Assembly: GCA_014238225.1 (NCBI GenBank)
Contig: JABABL010000002.1
Span: forward strand, 17,664 to 81,663
Direction: 5' to 3'
Source: Mycoplasmatales bacterium
GTDB taxonomy: Bacteria > Bacillota_I > Bacilli_A > Mycoplasmatales > JABAAY01
DNA length: 64,000 nucleotides
A program made the position numbers and the translations under genes. Of the stretch, positions 33,669 to 43,481 are shown in pieces; position 1 is the stretch's first letter; each line of letters begins with the position of its first letter. The notes under the pieces were generated by a model. That model saw only the letters and a list, made by a program, of their open reading frames with translations. It made no database searches and was not told where the DNA came from.

Positions 33669-34712
33669 CTATGCTTTGTAATAAATTCTAACGCTTGGGC
33701 TCATTGTGGAACTAATGGCAATTCTCTTAACATAGTCGCCTTTGGCACTAGAAGGTTTAGAACTAATTATTTTACTTAGTATAAAGTCGTAATTCTCAAT
33801 TAGTTGCTTATCTGTGAAGTTACTTTTCCCTAGTACGCAGTGAACATTGGCATCCTTATCTGTACGGTACTCAATCATGCCTTGTTGTATTTTTTTTATT
33901 ATAGAAACAACATCCGTTGTAACTGTACCTAATTTGGGGTTTGGCATCAAACCCTTGGGACCTAGTAGTTTTCCTATTTTTCCAATTTCAGGCATCATTT
34001 CAGGTGTAGCAATTACGTTATCAAAGTCAAATCATTTTTGATTTTTAATTCTTTCAATCATATCTGCATTTCCAACATAATCAGCACCCGCTTCTTTGGC
34101 CTCTTTTTCTTTAGATTTAGTCAATACAAGAATTTTAACTTTTTTACCTGTTCCATTGGGAAGGGCAAGCGTGCCTCTTAATTGTTGATCAGCATGTTTA
34201 GTATTTAAGTTTAAGCGAAATACAACATCAATTGTTTCAACTTTGTCTTTTTTAATAACTTTTTTAATAACGTTAATTGCTTCCGCTATTTCATAATTTT
34301 TTAACTGATCAATGTTTTTTAACTGAGCTCGGTAAAGTTTCCCTTTTCGTTCAATAATACTTTTTCTTTTTGCGGGCTTTTTTTTCGCTACCGGAGTAAC
34401 AGTAACTTTTTTTTCATCAACAGAATTTGAATCTTGTTGGCTGTTTTTTTCAACTTCTTCAACTTTTTCAATAGTGTCCGTTTTAAAAAAGTCTTCATTG
34501 TTTTCTGAGGGAGGAGGAGTAATTAGGACTTCTTTTGTTTTGACTTCTTCCTCTTTTGAATCAGTATTAGAAGCAACTATTTCGTGCGAAACATCTGTAA
34601 CAGCTAATTGAGCTACTTCTTCCATGAAATCATTTTTCTCCTCTAAATTAGATTTCTCATCTGTTGCCGCTCTTGCTTTATCAACAACTATTGTTTTCTT
34701 AATTTCAGCCAT
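33669..34712 (-). CDS. rplA: 50S ribosomal protein L1 with ~115-aa acidic N-terminal extension
   Basis: 347 aa across TGA 34032-34034. The core '[30 protein letters not shown]...[21 protein letters not shown]...[36 protein letters not shown]' is canonical L1. Confidence 0.9.
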
Positions 34713-35323
34713 TATTCTTTATTCCCCTCTGGGTTGTCTTGATTGTCTTCCTCGTTTTGTTCTTTATTTTGTTCTTCTGTGCCATCCAAATTAATTCCAT
34801 CATCTGCTGGAGCTACTGTAGTTTGCGCTTCCTCCAAAACAGCTTGGTATGCAGCTTCTGCCATTGCTTTTTCTTCAGAAGGAAGTGGAGCTTCTATTAA
34901 TTCATGCTCAAACCCTTCTACTTCTATACCCATGTTGCGTGCTGTTCCTTCAATAACTTTAATAGCAGCCTTTATGTCGTTCGCATTGAGATCAACTAAC
35001 TTGTACTCTGCTATTTCTGTGATTTGTTTTTTGGAAATTTTTCCCACGTTCTCTCTTCCAGGTAAAGAAGAACCTTTTTTAACACCTGCTGCCTTCTTTA
35101 TCAATATAGATGCAGGCGTGGTTTTCAAAACAAATGAAAAACTCTTATCTTCATACGCAGTTATAATAACAGGCACAACATCTCCCATTCTTTCCTTTGT
35201 TTTGTCGTTAAATTCGATACAGAATTGAGGCATATTAATACCTAAAGATGCTAATTCAGCACCTGGTTTTGCCTGTCCTGCGTTAAATTGTATCTTTGCT
35301 ATTCTTTTTATTTTTTTAGCCAC
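34712..35323 (-). CDS. rplK: 50S ribosomal protein L11 with ~65-aa acidic C-terminal extension
   Basis: GTG start at 35323, with GGAGA 6 nt upstream. '[38 protein letters not shown]...[18 protein letters not shown]' matches L11. The tail ends '[21 protein letters not shown]'. Confidence 0.88.
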   Translation of the reverse strand: MAKKIKRIAKIQFNAGQAKPGAELASLGINMPQFCIEFNDKTKERMGDVVPVIITAYEDKSFSFVLKTTPASILIKKAAGVKKGSSLPGRENVGKISKKQITEIAEYKLVDLNANDIKAAIKVIEGTARNMGIEVEGFEHELIEAPLPSEEKAMAEAAYQAVLEEAQTTVAPADDGINLDGTEEQNKEQNEEDNQDNPEGNKE

Positions 35324-35382
35324 GAAACTTCTCCATTTCTGCGTGGTTAAACCCACTCACTAATTTTATATATTATATACAA

Positions 35383-35937
35383 TTATTTAATTTTTTCTAA
35401 GTATATAAATTCTATTTCCATCGGGGTGCGGCGTCCCAAAAACTCAATATCAACTGTAGCAACTGCTTTTTTTTCTTCTATTCTCGAGATTTTTCCTTGT
35501 TGATGTTTGAAGGGTCCGAATAAAATTGTTACATTTTCACCAATTTCAAAGCTGTAATTATAGTCAACATTTTTATGATTTTCATGCAAACTTATTTTTT
35601 CTAACATTTCGTTCACTTCTTTTTCCGTTAAAGGAATGGGTTTGGTGCCCTTCCCGCTAGAGCCGCTTATCCCAGTTACACCAGGTGTGTTTCTAACAAT
35701 ATATCATGCTTCATCATTCATGGTCATGTATGCAAATAAGTATCCTGGATATAAATTTCTCTCTTGTTCTTTTCCTGTTTTATCATGGATTTCACGTTTC
35801 TTAACAATTCGAACATCCAAAATTAATTGTGTAACATCAGCACTTTCCGCTCTTTTGATTAAATCATTCCTAACTTTTTCTTCTTGTCTGCTGTAACAGG
35901 TAACTACATATCACCTAGGTTTTTGTGCTTCTTCCAT
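35383..35937 (-). CDS. nusG: Transcription termination/antitermination factor NusG
   Basis: 184 aa across two TGA codons. 'W-YVVTCYSRQEEKVRNDL', 'NLYPGYLFAYMTMNDEAW-YIVRNTPGVTG', KOW 'FEIGENVTILFGPFKHQQGKISRI'. secE-nusG-rplK synteny. Confidence 0.9.
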
Positions 35938-35955
35938 TATTATCCTTTGTTGTTT

Positions 35956-36303
35956 TTATTGAGCGAGAACGAGGGCAAGAAATCCAAAATCTACACCGTA
36001 TAAAATTGCTGCAAGAATAAGACCAAAAATAATAACAACTACAAAGTCCTTCACCAATGGCTTCCCTACATGTCATTTTACTCTACGTAGTTCTCTGTTC
36101 ATGTTGAATAGAAACTCCACTAGTTTTTTTCGAAAAGATTCTCAATAAGTTACTCCGCTATCCTTTCTCTCTTGTTTTTTTACTCTTTTTTCTTCCGCAT
36201 ATTCAACACGTTCTTTGTTTCTAGTTTCTATTTTTTCTAAACGTATTTTCTTCTTCTGAAGTTGAATTTTCTGCTTTAGCGTTAATTTGTCTTTTTCTTC
36301 CAT
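35956..36303 (-). CDS. secE: Preprotein translocase subunit SecE with K/E-rich N-terminal extension
   Basis: 115 aa, which I translated fully. The C-terminal 'ELRRVKW(TGA)HVGKPLVKDFVVVIIFGLILAAILYGVDFGFLALV' is the SecE TM signature. It lies between rpmG and nusG. Confidence 0.82.
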
Positions 36304-36444
36304 TTATACAGTTTCTCTATGCTCTTGATAATTATTACATTTTTTACAATACTTTTTAATAACAAACAATTTATTATTTGTTATTGACATATTGTAGTTA
36401 ATACTATTGCAATTAGTACATTCTATTTTTGTTCTAGTGGACAT
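36304..36444 (-). CDS. rpmG: 50S ribosomal protein L33
   Basis: 46 aa: MSTRTKIECTNCNSINYNMSITNNKLFVIKKYCKKCNNYQEHRETV. CxxC...CxxC zinc ribbon. Not in the ORF track because it is under 60 aa. Confidence 0.88.
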   Translation of the reverse strand: MSTRTKIECTNCNSINYNMSITNNKLFVIKKYCKKCNNYQEHRETV

Positions 36445-36459
36445 ATTAACTATTATACA

Positions 36460-37026
36460 TTATGACTTATTGAAAATAGCCTTCACTTTTTTAATCATTT
36501 GATAGTTTAGAGAGTTTAATTTTGGTCGTGAGATGCTCATCTTTTTTTCTATTTCTTTGTTTTTATATCCCTCAACCTTTAATTTACACAGTTCCTTTTC
36601 CTTTTCGTTAAGCCTATCTGAGTAGATAATTTTGTCAATAATCATTTTATTGAATATTTGCTCATGTAGATTAGTTTTATTTTGTATGAAAAATTTTAAA
36701 TTATCATAGTTGCTGCTCTTATTAATAGTTTGGTGTTTTAGTGTCAAGAATTTTTTGATGTAATCGTTGCTTAGTCCTTTGAGTGTTGTTATAAAAAATT
36801 GCACAAAATTAATTTTAAAACTTTTGTCGTATCTGTAAATAGAACGAATAAAAGATTTATGGATTATAAAATCAAAATCATTAATTTCAAGCCCTACATT
36901 ATAAAATTTATTCAATTTACTTTTTAGAAGAATCTTTGCTTTCTTATAATGTCTATTTCAAAGTAAATTGAATAGTTCACTGCTAAATTCATTTTGTAAT
37001 AAGTATGCTATCTCGTTATCTGTCAT
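36460..37026 (-). CDS. Alternative sigma factor, SigH-like (position equivalent to B. subtilis sigH)
   Basis: 188 aa across TGA. The C-terminal HTH '...LNEKEKELCKLKVEGYKNKEIEKKMSISRPKLNSLNYQMIKKVKAI' resembles sigma region 4. Synteny cysS-rlmB-[sigma]-rpmG-secE-nusG matches Bacillus. Confidence 0.55.
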
Positions 37027-37786
37027 TTTTCATTTCAAAATTTTTACTTAAGATAACGGCAGTTGCACTACTAACATTCAGACTTTCCACTACGGGGCTG
37101 GTCTGAATTCAAGAATAGTAATCACAATTTTTTTGCAAAATGGGTTTAACTCCAACAGCTTCATTTCCAACAATGAATGCCGTGTTTTGGCGAGGATTAG
37201 TGTACTCAAATTTTTGTTCTGTATTCCCTTTACACATCCCTACTGTAACCACGCCGTGTTTTTTCAATTTCAATAGAGCATCGTGAATATTTTTTACTCT
37301 AATAATTTTAATATTAGTAACATACCCCGCGGATGTCTTATACACTGTTCCGTTAACTTGTGATTGGTTTTTGTCGCAAATAACTATGTAATTAACCTTA
37401 AAGGCAACTGCATTTCTAATGATTGATCCAAAATTTTGTGGATCTTGAATTTGGTCCAAGACAAGAAATGTAATTCCGTCATTCGGTTTGATGTTTTCCA
37501 AGGTTCTTTTCATATCTTGATATTGGAATTCGCTTTTTAATTCGGCAATGACACCTTGGTGGTTAACGTTCATCATTCCAGTTAATGCGGGTTTATTTTT
37601 ATAAACAATCTTTCCATTTAATTCAGGAATTTTTGCAAACGGGGAATCAAAATAAGTAAATACTTTTTTTATTGCGATTTTCTCGTCTATAATTTTTTGC
37701 ACTATTTTCTTTCCATAAATAATATTGGAATTTTCCAAGAAATTTACTGATTTAAAACTATTTTTTTTATATTTTGGTCTGTTCAT
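37016..37786 (-). CDS. rlmB: TrmH/SpoU-family rRNA 2'-O-methyltransferase (RlmB/YacO-like)
   Basis: 256 aa. 'LVLDQIQDPQNFGSIIRNAVAFKVNYIVI', 'FIVGNEAVGV', and after TGA 37109-37111 'IQTSPVVESLNVSSATAVIL' (SpoU motif 3). It overlaps the sigma gene start by 11 nt. Confidence 0.8.
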
Positions 37787-39108
37787 TATAAAATACTCTT
37801 TTCAATAAGGATTTTTCTTATTTCATCTGCCTCTTGATACTTCATTTGACTCTTTTTGAGACATCAATTTTTGTACAAGCTCTTTTCTTCAATTGTTATT
37901 TGCACATCTTCAAAAACAAATCCTAAGATTTTTTTTAGACAATAAGTTATTCTTGAAAAACTTTCGTTTAATTCAACACTATTCTTTTCAAAATTTTTGT
38001 ACAGTGTTTGTATTTTTGTTATTTTCTTTTCTACTTCGGAAAGGATATTAGGAAAGTTAAAATCATCTTGAATAGCTTGTTCTATCTCAGTATCAATTTC
38101 ATTGCTTTCTTGTAGAATGGTGTCTCTAATTTGAAAATTTTTACTAATTTTTTGAAAAAGAGAATTTCATGCCTTCACTTTTGTTTTTGCTTCTGTCAAG
38201 AGAATGGAGTTTAGATTAATGGGTGCTTCATAAGAGGATTTATAAAAAATATAACGCAAAGTGTTTGAGTCATTTTTATCCAAAAAGTCTTTGATTTTAA
38301 GTATATTTCCTAGGGATTTGGACATTTTTACTCCAAAAATATTCAAACTTCCGTTGTGCATCCAAATATTGGCTAATGGTTTTTGGTCGTATGCGTACTT
38401 TTGAATTATTTCGTTTTCATGGTGGGGAAACTTTAAATCAACTCCCCCGATGTGAATATCGGCGAATCCGTCTAAGAACTTTTCAATGAAGGCAACACAT
38501 TGGGTGTGTCATCCAGGCCTTCCTTTCCCATATTTGGAATCTCACTTGATTCCCTCATCAGTATTTTTTCACAAGACAAAGTCAGCAAAGTATTTTTTAT
38601 TTTTGTCATTATCAAGTGCTTCATCCATTTTTTCCAAGTTTTGATTACTCAATTGTCCGTATGCTTTGGAAAAACTCTTAACACTGAAATAGACATTGCC
38701 TCCTGCTTTGTAGGCTGCCTTTGAATCAAAAAGTCTATCGATATAACTTAAAATAGTGTTTATTTCATTTGTAACTTGTGGTTCATGGGTAGGTGTAAGT
38801 AAATTTAACATTTTCTGATTATCTTTGTAGTTTTTAATGTGCATTTCTGAAATATGTTTTTCGGTAACATTCTTCTGCTTGGCGCTAAGTATAATTTTAT
38901 CGTCTATGTCGGTGATATTAATAACTGTAGTAACTTGAATTTTGTGGTGTTTAAAATACCTCATTAAGACATCTACTAGAATGAGTGGTCTCATGTTTCC
39001 TATATGCAGTTCGCTGTACACTGTGGGACCGCAAACATATATTTTTAATGTTTTTTTCGATAAATCAATGCTCTCTTTTTTTTGGGTAAGGGTGTTAAAT
39101 ATCTTCAT
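37786..39108 (-). CDS. cysS: Cysteine--tRNA ligase
   Basis: 440 aa across TGA codons. 'IYVCGPTVYSELHIGNMRP' (HIGH) and 'GVKMSKSLGN' (KMSKS) are present. It fills the whole interval down to rlmB. Confidence 0.92.
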
Positions 39109-39118
39109 TTTTTATTGC

Positions 39119-41197
39119 TCAATGTTTAATAGTTATTGTACTCATTTTTACCTTTTTTGTACTTGAAATGTTTCTGTATTTTTCTTCTATTTCTTGTGGA
39201 ACAGGTTTAGAAGACAAAAAATACTTGGTAAGTTCGTTACACGGAGAGTTTTTGATCTTTTGTTTATCCCCTTGTTCAACACAAATACCGTTGAAAAAAA
39301 ACGAAACTTGTTCTGTTATTGATTCTACATACTTATAATTATTGGGGTTGGAAATGAACACTATTTTTGTATTATTCTCCTTAATTACAAACTTAAGTTG
39401 ATTTAAAAAATCCTTAAATTCCTTATGTTTTTTGTCAAAATTGTATTTCTGCAAATTAATAACTAGGAGTTTGGAATTAAAAAAAATCGCAAAAAGAACT
39501 GTGATTTTATTTAATCACAGCTCACTAATCGTGTCTGCTTTTGTTTGTAAAAAATCACCATTTATTCCTGCTTTGTTAAAAAGTTCTGTTAGTTTGTCGT
39601 ATTGGTCGTCTAGTATTTCATAAGCCGACACAGCACTGTTTTCGCTGTAGAGGTTTTGAGTAGTAGTTTGCGAATGAAAATTTTCCTTCACTGTTTTGTA
39701 TCTAGTTTGAAAAGTTCTTTTTTGTTGATTAGAAAATAATTTACTATTATCTTTATAAAACTCTCCAAATTCCTTTTTACTATCGTTTTCAAATGATTTT
39801 TTAAAAACAAATCTATATTCTTTGGGAGGTTTGTCAACATAAAAATGATTCAAAACCTTCTTTTCTCACAAAATTAGGTGTTTCAACGCGTGTTTCTTCT
39901 TGCTAATTAATGTTTTTAAATTTTCTTTTTTTTCTAACTTACAGTTTTTAATTTGCTCTTTGTAATGAACAACGTTAGTGCGATAACGCTCAAATGCATT
40001 CCAAGTGCTATTGGAAAATTTTTTGTCAATGTTTTGTAGATGCTTTTTATGATTATACTTAAGCAAACGATACGGCTGTGTAAAGTGTTTATCTTTGAAA
40101 ATTTTTGACTTTAGAAAGAAAGACTCTATTTTTTGCGTATATTGATCATTGTAGTTGCGTTCGTGTTCTTTGATTTCAAAAAATTCCTTTTCAATGATTT
40201 TGTCATATTTTGCTCTCAGTGCATCAATTTCAGTAAAGTTTCTCGCCTCAAAGAGACTAATTATCTTCCCTTTTTTTCAGTTGGAGATTGAAGCGTTTGG
40301 TCCTTGTTCATCAATTAATTGTTTATCTAAATTAACAGAGAATTTTTCAAAATACTCAGGGTTTCTTTTTAATTTTTTAACTTTTTTGTGATTGTTCTTA
40401 AGTTGTTTAATTGATAACATGTCCAATTCATGACGATACTCCTTTTTTTTAGTGCTGTAACTTTCCACAAATTCATTATTTGCCTTTGTGAGTTTCTCCA
40501 AAAAAATACGCACTTCATGTCAGTTGTGTTCATACATTTTCTTATATTTTTCTTTCAATTCTTTTTTCTGTATAACAAAGGAATCCACCGCAGCCTCTAC
40601 GACCGTTTTAAATTCGTTTTTTTCCAAATAGTATTCGGTGTTCGCAATCTTAACTAAAGATTTTTCTTTAGTTACTCTTTTCTTGTAATTGTTGATGATT
40701 TTATTTTTTTTATCTTCGTGATACTCTACAAACTCATGAAAATACTCTTTTTCCTTTTTTTCAATAGTTTTCAGTTTCTCATGTTCAGTTTTAGGAACAA
40801 CTGTTTCTCAATAGTTCATTCTGCTTGTCAAGTTTTGTAGAAACAACCTTTTTCGTTGTTTGGACTGTAATTCAGAATCCTTGAAAAGTTCCGCAAAGAA
40901 TGTGTCAACAATTCTATATCTGTTTTTTAGAATTCTTCGTTTGATATCAAAAAAATCAACAGAGAATAATTTTTCATCTCAAAAATTTATAGTGTTTTCG
41001 TTATTGTATGTGTTTATTTCTCCACTAAAAGGTAATTTTTTATTGAGCATTTTCTCTATATCGTTGCAGTGAGTATTGGAGAAAAATGTTCAATATTTAG
41101 TTTTATTGTCCAATATAAATTCTTCGTTTCTGAAAACTTCCCTATGGAAGTTTTCGTTTGTGGAGAACTTGAGTTTGCTAAATTCTATTACACTCAT
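39119..41197 (-). CDS. OppF-like ABC ATPase paralogue with degenerate Walker A, signature and Walker B motifs (692 aa)
   Basis: I traced the whole frame: seven TGA codons and no TAA/TAG. The C-terminus 'KIVFISNPNNYKYVESITEQVSFFFNGICVEQGDKQKIKNSPCNELTKYFL' aligns with OppF 'TIILIAHDLRVVEYVCDRLVVMYNGKIVEKGTSKEIFSNTQHPYTKNLM'. The LSGGQ position reads 'ELWLNK', Walker B reads 'LLVINLQ', and Walker A reads 'FFSNTHCNDIEK'. Confidence 0.65.
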
Positions 41198-41225
41198 AAA
41201 ATCATTATAAGTATAATATTAAAAT

Positions 41226-41624
41226 ATGAAAACAAAAATAGCGATTATTTTATCGTCTTGATGATTAGTGACCATTGTCATTATGTTTCCTTTAGCTTTA
41301 GAGTTTGGTTCAATGCGCGACACTCTTGGTGGAATTGCCTATGAGGTTATTGCCATTATTTTTTTAGTTGTCAACGGATTAGGTGGAGTAATTTCGTTTG
41401 GCTTTGGAGTTAGATTAAAAAAACAAAAAACAGTAAGAAGTGTTGTTCTTAAAAAGACACGTTCGTCCTGAGAAAGTGAAATGGTGGATTCTTTTGCCAC
41501 TAATCACTTAGGATCTTATGACTATGTCACTTTTATAGCGAAGATAAGGTATTCTTTTTATATTCTATTTTTTTGAATGATTAATTTTTTAACTGTTTTA
41601 CTAATTTTACTTTTTCTAAGATAG
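41226..41624 (+). CDS. Small hydrophobic membrane protein (132 aa)
   Basis: ATG..TAG, open under code 4: MKTKIAIILSSWWLVTIVIMFPLALEF...VIAIIFLVVNGLGGVISFGFGV...YILFFWMINFLTVLLILLFLR. At least 3 predicted TM segments. It is the only plus-strand gene in this region. Confidence 0.5.
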
Positions 41625-41635
41625 AGAATTGCTTT

Positions 41636-43480
41636 TTATTCCAATACAAAATGTGTTTCGGATAGTTTTCTGTATTTTTGATGTTCTGAAAGGAGTTCAT
41701 CGAAATAACTAGATTTTTGTTCTTTTAAATTTTGGATAGTTGTTAAGGACTTCATTAAATTTTTTGTGTATGGATGTTGTGTATTACTGAATATTTCTTT
41801 CGAAGTTCCTTTTTCAACAATTTTACCATTGTACATCACCACTAGTCGATCACAAACATATTCAACAACTCTTAAGTCATGAGCAATTAAGATAATTGTG
41901 AACTTATATTTTTCTTGCAAGTCTTTTAGTAAGTTTATAACCTGAGCTTGTACACTGACGTCAAGTGCAGATATCGGCTCGTCCGCAATTAATATGCTAG
42001 GATTAACGACAAGGGCTCTAGCGATACCCACTCTTTGCATTTGCCCACCAGATAGTTCTGAGGGAAAATTATTAGAAAAGGCTGGATTTAAACCACAATC
42101 GCGCATTGAAGAATAAACTTTTTGTCTAATGTGTTTATTTCTGTTCACAATGCTGTGTTTTTCCTTGGTTTTTTTAGTAATTTCTTTAATCTTTTTTTGC
42201 GTTTTTAGTGAGAGTTTTCCTCTTATTTGTTTATTGTTTAGTTTCTGTTCACATTTTTTAACAAATTTGTAATGCGTAGCGTGCAATCTTTCTATTTCTT
42301 TTTGACTTTTTTCTATTTTAGTCTTGAGATCGCGAGTATGTTTTTTTCTATTTTTATGGAAGTGAATAATTTGTTCACGCAATGTTTGTTTGAAAAGAGA
42401 AGTGTACTTTGCAATGTTATTGATGTATTTTTCTCTAGCCACTTTTGTTAATGCTTCGCGTGTCAATCCGTTTTCAATAAGTATAGACTCTTTAGCTTCT
42501 ATAATTTTTGTTCTTTTTTCAAATTCATACTGTTGTAGTCAAGTAATATGTTTTTTAAACTCATTTTTTTCAACTTTTGTTGTGATGTTGTTTTTTAATT
42601 TTTCTGCTCTTTCTTTATTTCTTTTCAGTTCTTGTTCGAAGCTTTTTTTTATAACATCAATGGCTTTACTAATTTTTGCTGTTACAGCGGCATCCAAGGG
42701 CTTGTCTTCAAAACTATCATCCCTTGTTTTTTCCAAAGATTCTCTAAACAAAGATCTTTCTTTTTCTTTATAGGCACTTATGGCTTGCTTATAATACTTT
42801 TTTTCAAGCTTAGGCAGTCTTTTGTGTTGTGTAATCTCTGCATGTGCACTTAAAATTTTATTTTCTTCTATGTCAACATGAAATAGATAGTCTTTGTAAT
42901 TCGAGCGATAATACGACAACAGTTCAGCAATATTATTTTGCGCATCTTTACGTTTTTTTTCGTCTTTTATCAAGTCTTCAGACTTTAGTAATTCTATTTC
43001 CAATTTCAGATAGCGATACGCCTTCTTTGCTTTATCTTTAAAATCATTTTTGTTAAGCAATCCTTCTGCGATTATGTCGAATATTTTTTTACTTGTATTT
43101 ACAGAACCAAATGGATCTTGAAATATCATTTGCACTGTATCGGCCATTCAGGAATTAAATGATCCCTTAATAGCATTGGAACGAGCGGGAATCATTCGCT
43201 GGTTTATTGAAATTGAACCGTTTTGTCTATTATATAAGCCTAGCATTGTTCTTGCTGTTGTCGTTTTCCCGCTGCCTGATTCTCCGACTATTCCGAAAAA
43301 TTCTCCGGTCTTAACAGAAAAACTAATATCGTCCACTGCTTTTATTAATTTTCCATTGCTATTAAAAAAAACAGAAAGATTACTAACATTCACTGCTTTT
43401 TGATGCTCTTGTATACGAATAACTTTTTTTTGTTTTTTATCAACTATTTGTGTAGCTGAGGAAACTTGTTTACTTTTCAT
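41636..43480 (-). CDS. oppF: Oligopeptide ABC transporter ATP-binding protein OppF with large K/E-rich insertion
   Basis: 614 aa, three pieces in one frame. Walker A 'GESGSGKTTT', signature 'LSGGQMQRVGIARAL', Walker B 'ILIADEPISALD', and 'HPYTKNL' are present. About 270 aa of coiled-coil-like sequence lies between the Q-loop and the signature. Confidence 0.88.
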
Positions 43481-43481
43481 T

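Noticed and set aside
37787-38166. The expected mini-RNase III gene (mrnC) between cysS and rlmB, as in the Bacillus gene order
   Set aside because: Reading through TGA 38167-38169, the interval is the C-terminal domain of CysS ('...YKNW-CLKKSQMKYQEADEIRKILIEKSIL'). No separate gene is present.
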